Source: Truepera sp. (GTDB lineage Bacteria > Deinococcota > Deinococci > Deinococcales > Trueperaceae). Taken from it: DNA of 64,000 bases. Below the pieces are notes generated by a model, which was not told the DNA's origin, made no database searches, and saw nothing but the letters and a program-made list of their open reading frames with translations. The stretch covers positions 992,001-1,056,000 of the forward strand of contig CBDCKW010000009.1 in the NCBI GenBank assembly GCA_965218435.1. Direction: 5' to 3'. Below, piece after piece: positions 60,815-64,000 of this stretch; position 1 is the stretch's first letter; the number at the start of each line of letters is the position of its first letter. A program made the position numbers and the translations under genes.

Positions 60815-62116
60815 ATGGAAACACATCTTGACGCGTTTCATGTAACCGGGGGCCGCCCACTACGCGGTGAGGTCACGGTTCATAGTGCCAAAAACTCTGC
60901 ACTTTACCTGATTTTAGGGGCGCTCTTAACCCGTGAGCCGGTTGTCCTCAAAGAGGTGCCGCGCCTCAGCGACATCTTAGCCATCTGTGAGCTGTTGGAG
61001 CATTTCGGGGCGCACACCACCTGGGTTGGCCGCGACCTTCAGATTGACGCCGCTGAACTCGTCACGACCGACGCACCCTACGCCCTTGTGAGTCAGCTCC
61101 GCGCGAGCTTCGTTGCGATGGGGGCACTTTTGGGGCGATGTGGCGAGGCGCATATCTCGGTGCCGGGGGGCTGCGCCTTTGGGCCGCGCCCGGTTGACCG
61201 CCATATCAAGGCGTTTCGGCAGCTCGGTGTCAACTTCGCCGAGATCAAAGGCGACTTCCACGCGCAAAGGGACGCGCCGCTCTCCGGGCGAGTCGTCTTT
61301 GAGGTGCCGACGGTTGGCGGGACGCAAAACGTGATTTTGGCGTCGGCGCTTGGAAGTGAACGGGTCATTATCGAAAACGCGGCGTTAGAGCCCGAAATCG
61401 CTGACCTCGCCGAGATGCTGAACGGGATGGGGGCACGTATCTCGGGAGCCGGAACGCCGACGATCACCATTGACGGCGTTCCGGCGCTTTCAGGGATCAC
61501 CTATCAGCCGCTACCCGACCGTATCGAGGCTGGGACGCTGCTGCTCGCCGTCGCTGCGACGCGGGGCCAGCTTACCCTCCGGGGCGTCCGGGCTGAGCAC
61601 CTGCGGACGGTGATCGCCAAGTTGGAGGAGAGCGGCGCTACGGTGCTCGAGCTCTCTCCCGACACGCTCTCTCTCGACGCCACCGGCCTACTTTCACCCG
61701 TTGACGTGGTGGCCTCAGAGTATCCCGGACTTCCTACCGATCTGCAAGCGCCTTTCGGCGCGTACCTCGCGACGATTCCCGGCACGAGCGTCGTGACCGA
61801 CCGCGTGTATCCCGACCGCTTTACCCACGTGGGTGAACTGGCCCGGACCGGGGCGCAACTTACGCTCCGTGAACACACCCTTGTCATTCAAGGAGGGGTG
61901 CTGCACGGCGCGGCGATGCACGCCGCCGACATCCGGGCAGGTGGAGCACTCGTCATTGCGGCGCTGACAGCGCGGGGTCACTCGACGATTACCGGCGTGC
62001 AGTACATCCGGCGCGGCTACGAACGTTTGGCGGAACGCTTGAGCACGTTGGGCGCGGACATCCACGTGGGCGCGGCTCCCACGACTGTACTGGGCACAGG
62101 AACGTACGGCGACTGA
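60815..62116 (+). CDS. murA: UDP-N-acetylglucosamine 1-carboxyvinyltransferase
   Basis: AKNS, LRAS, PGGCAFGPRPVD.H, DRIEAGT, PTDLQA and DIRAG motifs. Confidence 0.96.
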   Translation: METHLDAFHVTGGRPLRGEVTVHSAKNSALYLILGALLTREPVVLKEVPRLSDILAICELLEHFGAHTTWVGRDLQIDAAELVTTDAPYALVSQLRASFVAMGALLGRCGEAHISVPGGCAFGPRPVDRHIKAFRQLGVNFAEIKGDFHAQRDAPLSGRVVFEVPTVGGTQNVILASALGSERVIIENAALEPEIADLAEMLNGMGARISGAGTPTITIDGVPALSGITYQPLPDRIEAGTLLLAVAATRGQLTLRGVRAEHLRTVIAKLEESGATVLELSPDTLSLDATGLLSPVDVVASEYPGLPTDLQAPFGAYLATIPGTSVVTDRVYPDRFTHVGELARTGAQLTLREHTLVIQGGVLHGAAMHAADIRAGGALVIAALTARGHSTITGVQYIRRGYERLAERLSTLGADIHVGAAPTTVLGTGTYGD

Positions 62117-62145
62117 GCTTTCGGTTTGACCTGAGTACCTAGCAA

Positions 62146-62175
62146 AGAAGGGCACAGTTTTTCTGTGCCTTTTCT
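62146..62175. terminator. Terminator after murA
   Basis: GGCACAG-ttttt-CTGTGCC followed by a T run. Confidence 0.65.
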
Positions 62176-62336
62176 GCTTCGTCGGTTAGTATGTGGGCAA
62201 TGTTGACGTTTTTTACCGTTACGTTCTGGCTGCGTAAGGGACACTACTTTGTTTTACAAGCCGCCAACTTAACCATGTTTCCCGGCTGCCAACCTTTTTA
62301 GTACGTCGTCAGCTGCTTACAGAAAATACCCAAGAC

Positions 62337-63245
62337 CTAGTTTAGAATGGGCTCAGCGGGCGGCGCGGTTGCCTCGAGCTCAACCGGCTCCTCAGCTAAG
62401 GTGAGCTTGCCCTCAACCCGGCTCAGGTCCCGCAGCACCCGTGTGCGCCTGCGTCTATCCGCCTTCGTAAACGGGGCCAAGTAGCTGGTCGGTGGCGGGT
62501 TGACCCGCAGGTTGGCCCGCCGACCCAACCCCAAACTGACCCCCAAACCGGCCAAGGCGAGTAGCGCACCGGCACCTGCTAAGGCCAACCAGCCGGGTTC
62601 ACTGACCGAGGCGCGGACTTCGGGCAAGACGCCCTGCGCCAGCGCCCTCTCTTGCACCTCCGGCGTATCGGCCAAGACGTCGAGAACCGGTGACGCCGCC
62701 CCGCCTGCAAAGCCCCACGGCGAAGGTTCCGCGCGGAGCGCCCGCCAACCGCTCGAGCTAAAAGGGTCGTACGAACCGGCGATACCGTAGACGCTCAGGG
62801 GCGTCGGAACGGGTAACCGGGTTGTGACCGTCAGGGTTGTGCCCGCTACACTGAGCCGTGCGCCACTCGCCTCGGTGATATCCGCCGCGCCGCCGCCTTG
62901 TCCGCGAAACACTTGAACCTTGTCACCGGCGATACGAAACGCGTAGCGCCATGAGGCCCCGGTCGGCAGTCTCAGCGCCGACCCCGGCAAGAGGGCTGTT
63001 GCCCCGGCAGTTTGGTTTGCTGAGTTGCCGAGATAAAGCTCGAGGATCGCTCCCGGAAACTGCGCCCGACTCTCTAACGCGACGCTAAACGTCAGGGTCG
63101 GCGTGCGGTACACCGTGACGCCCCGAAGGTCAAACGCGCCCGCTTGCCGAAACGCCGCTGCAGTTGGCGGAGTGAGGTTACGCCCGACATCGCCGGGAGG
63201 GTCGGTGACGCTGAGGAGCGCAGCGACGAAAAGCGCCTCAAGCAC
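62337..63245 (-). CDS. Glucodextranase DOMON-like domain membrane protein
   Basis: DPPGD..LTPPT..F..FDL; ELYL; SYDPF..GWR; C-terminal TM segment. Confidence 0.65.
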   Translation of the reverse strand: MLEALFVAALLSVTDPPGDVGRNLTPPTAAAFRQAGAFDLRGVTVYRTPTLTFSVALESRAQFPGAILELYLGNSANQTAGATALLPGSALRLPTGASWRYAFRIAGDKVQVFRGQGGGAADITEASGARLSVAGTTLTVTTRLPVPTPLSVYGIAGSYDPFSSSGWRALRAEPSPWGFAGGAASPVLDVLADTPEVQERALAQGVLPEVRASVSEPGWLALAGAGALLALAGLGVSLGLGRRANLRVNPPPTSYLAPFTKADRRRRTRVLRDLSRVEGKLTLAEEPVELEATAPPAEPILN

Positions 63246-63285
63246 CCTCTACCTCAAACATCTGCTACCCCAAACAGCTATTGCC

Positions 63286-64000
63286 TTAAACATCTGCGCC
63301 CGCCTTCACTTTGCAAAATGCGTAGAGCCAGCGGGCGAGCCGCTGTGAGTCATGCCCCGCTTGGAGGCCGCTACTTAACAGGTTGAGCGTCGCTACCTCG
63401 ATACCGGCCGCCTCAAAGGGTGCCGGGTCATAAGCAACGACCTCTGCGCCCTCGGCGTGATAACGCTCGAGGCGTTCAGCGTTGACCTCACCGGTATTGA
63501 CGACGACCCAATCAGGGTAGCGCCCCAGATGCGCGTAAAGCGCCTCGACGTGTTCCCAGGCGCTCAGGCCGTCGGTTTCTCCCGCTTCGGTCATGACGTT
63601 ACAGATGTAGACCAAAGGTGCGCGCGAAGCGAGAACCGCCGCGCGGCTCTCCGGGACCAGCAGGGGGGGGAGGGTGCTGGTAAATAAGCTGCCCGGACCC
63701 AGCACAATGACGTCGGCGGCGGCGAGCGCCAGTCCGACGTCGGGTACCATTGTCGGGTCGGGGGGCTCGAGCGACACCCTCGCAGCCGCGCCCGGTACGG
63801 CCCGCACCTGACTTTCGCCTACCACCGTTGCGCCGGAACGTTTGAGGACCTTGAGCGTCGTGGGTTGAGTCGTAATCGGGTAGACCGCGCCGCAGATATT
63901 GAGGAGCGAATTCAACACGCGCACGGCGCGTGCAAAGTCTCCCTCGACCTCGGTCAAGGTGGTGATTAAAAGGTTACCGAAGGTGTGGCCTTTAAGCTCG
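63286..64000 (-). CDS. YvcK/GlmR family protein, 5'-partial
   Basis: LKGHTFGNL, GES, VLGPGSLFTS, NVMTEAGETD and HDSQRLA motifs. Confidence 0.92.
   Translation of the reverse strand, partial: ELKGHTFGNLLITTLTEVEGDFARAVRVLNSLLNICGAVYPITTQPTTLKVLKRSGATVVGESQVRAVPGAAARVSLEPPDPTMVPDVGLALAAADVIVLGPGSLFTSTLPPLLVPESRAAVLASRAPLVYICNVMTEAGETDGLSAWEHVEALYAHLGRYPDWVVVNTGEVNAERLERYHAEGAEVVAYDPAPFEAAGIEVATLNLLSSGLQAGHDSQRLARWLYAFCKVKAGADV

Overview
Bacterial chromosomal window, most likely Deinococcota (Trueperaceae-like). This is inferred from the gene set (RqkA-like kinase, SpoVS, small regulator next to murA, yvcK next to a DOMON-like gene) and from many apparently leaderless genes. Positions 1-~9300 are the right end of an integrative island at tRNA-Val(GAC). 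The island carries an unusual type I RM system (HsdM fused to a single-TRD half-HsdS, with a Phd-PIN TA pair before hsdR), a beta-propeller lipoprotein, a three-gene operon including a very acidic 55-aa ORF missing from the ORF track, and an HTH-antitoxin/RelE/integrase operon. The rest is mostly core genes: hisF, a MetB-like enzyme, polA, rsmB, spoVS, ilvBNC-leuA...cimA with a leader-peptide attenuator, gltB, a ugp-like ABC transporter, a kinase, murA and yvcK. Scattered among them are small accessory cassettes (2-TM SLATT-like gene plus a Pro-rich peptide, TA remnants, hicBA, P450-MarR, MerR-MFS) and three IS elements (IS5, a frameshifted IS3, ISAs1). Other signals: strong over-representation of the palindrome CTCGAG, probable ATC and ATA start codons, and a shared LSAQ motif after the lipobox of two unrelated lipoproteins. 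All calls come from reading the sequence; no database searches were run.
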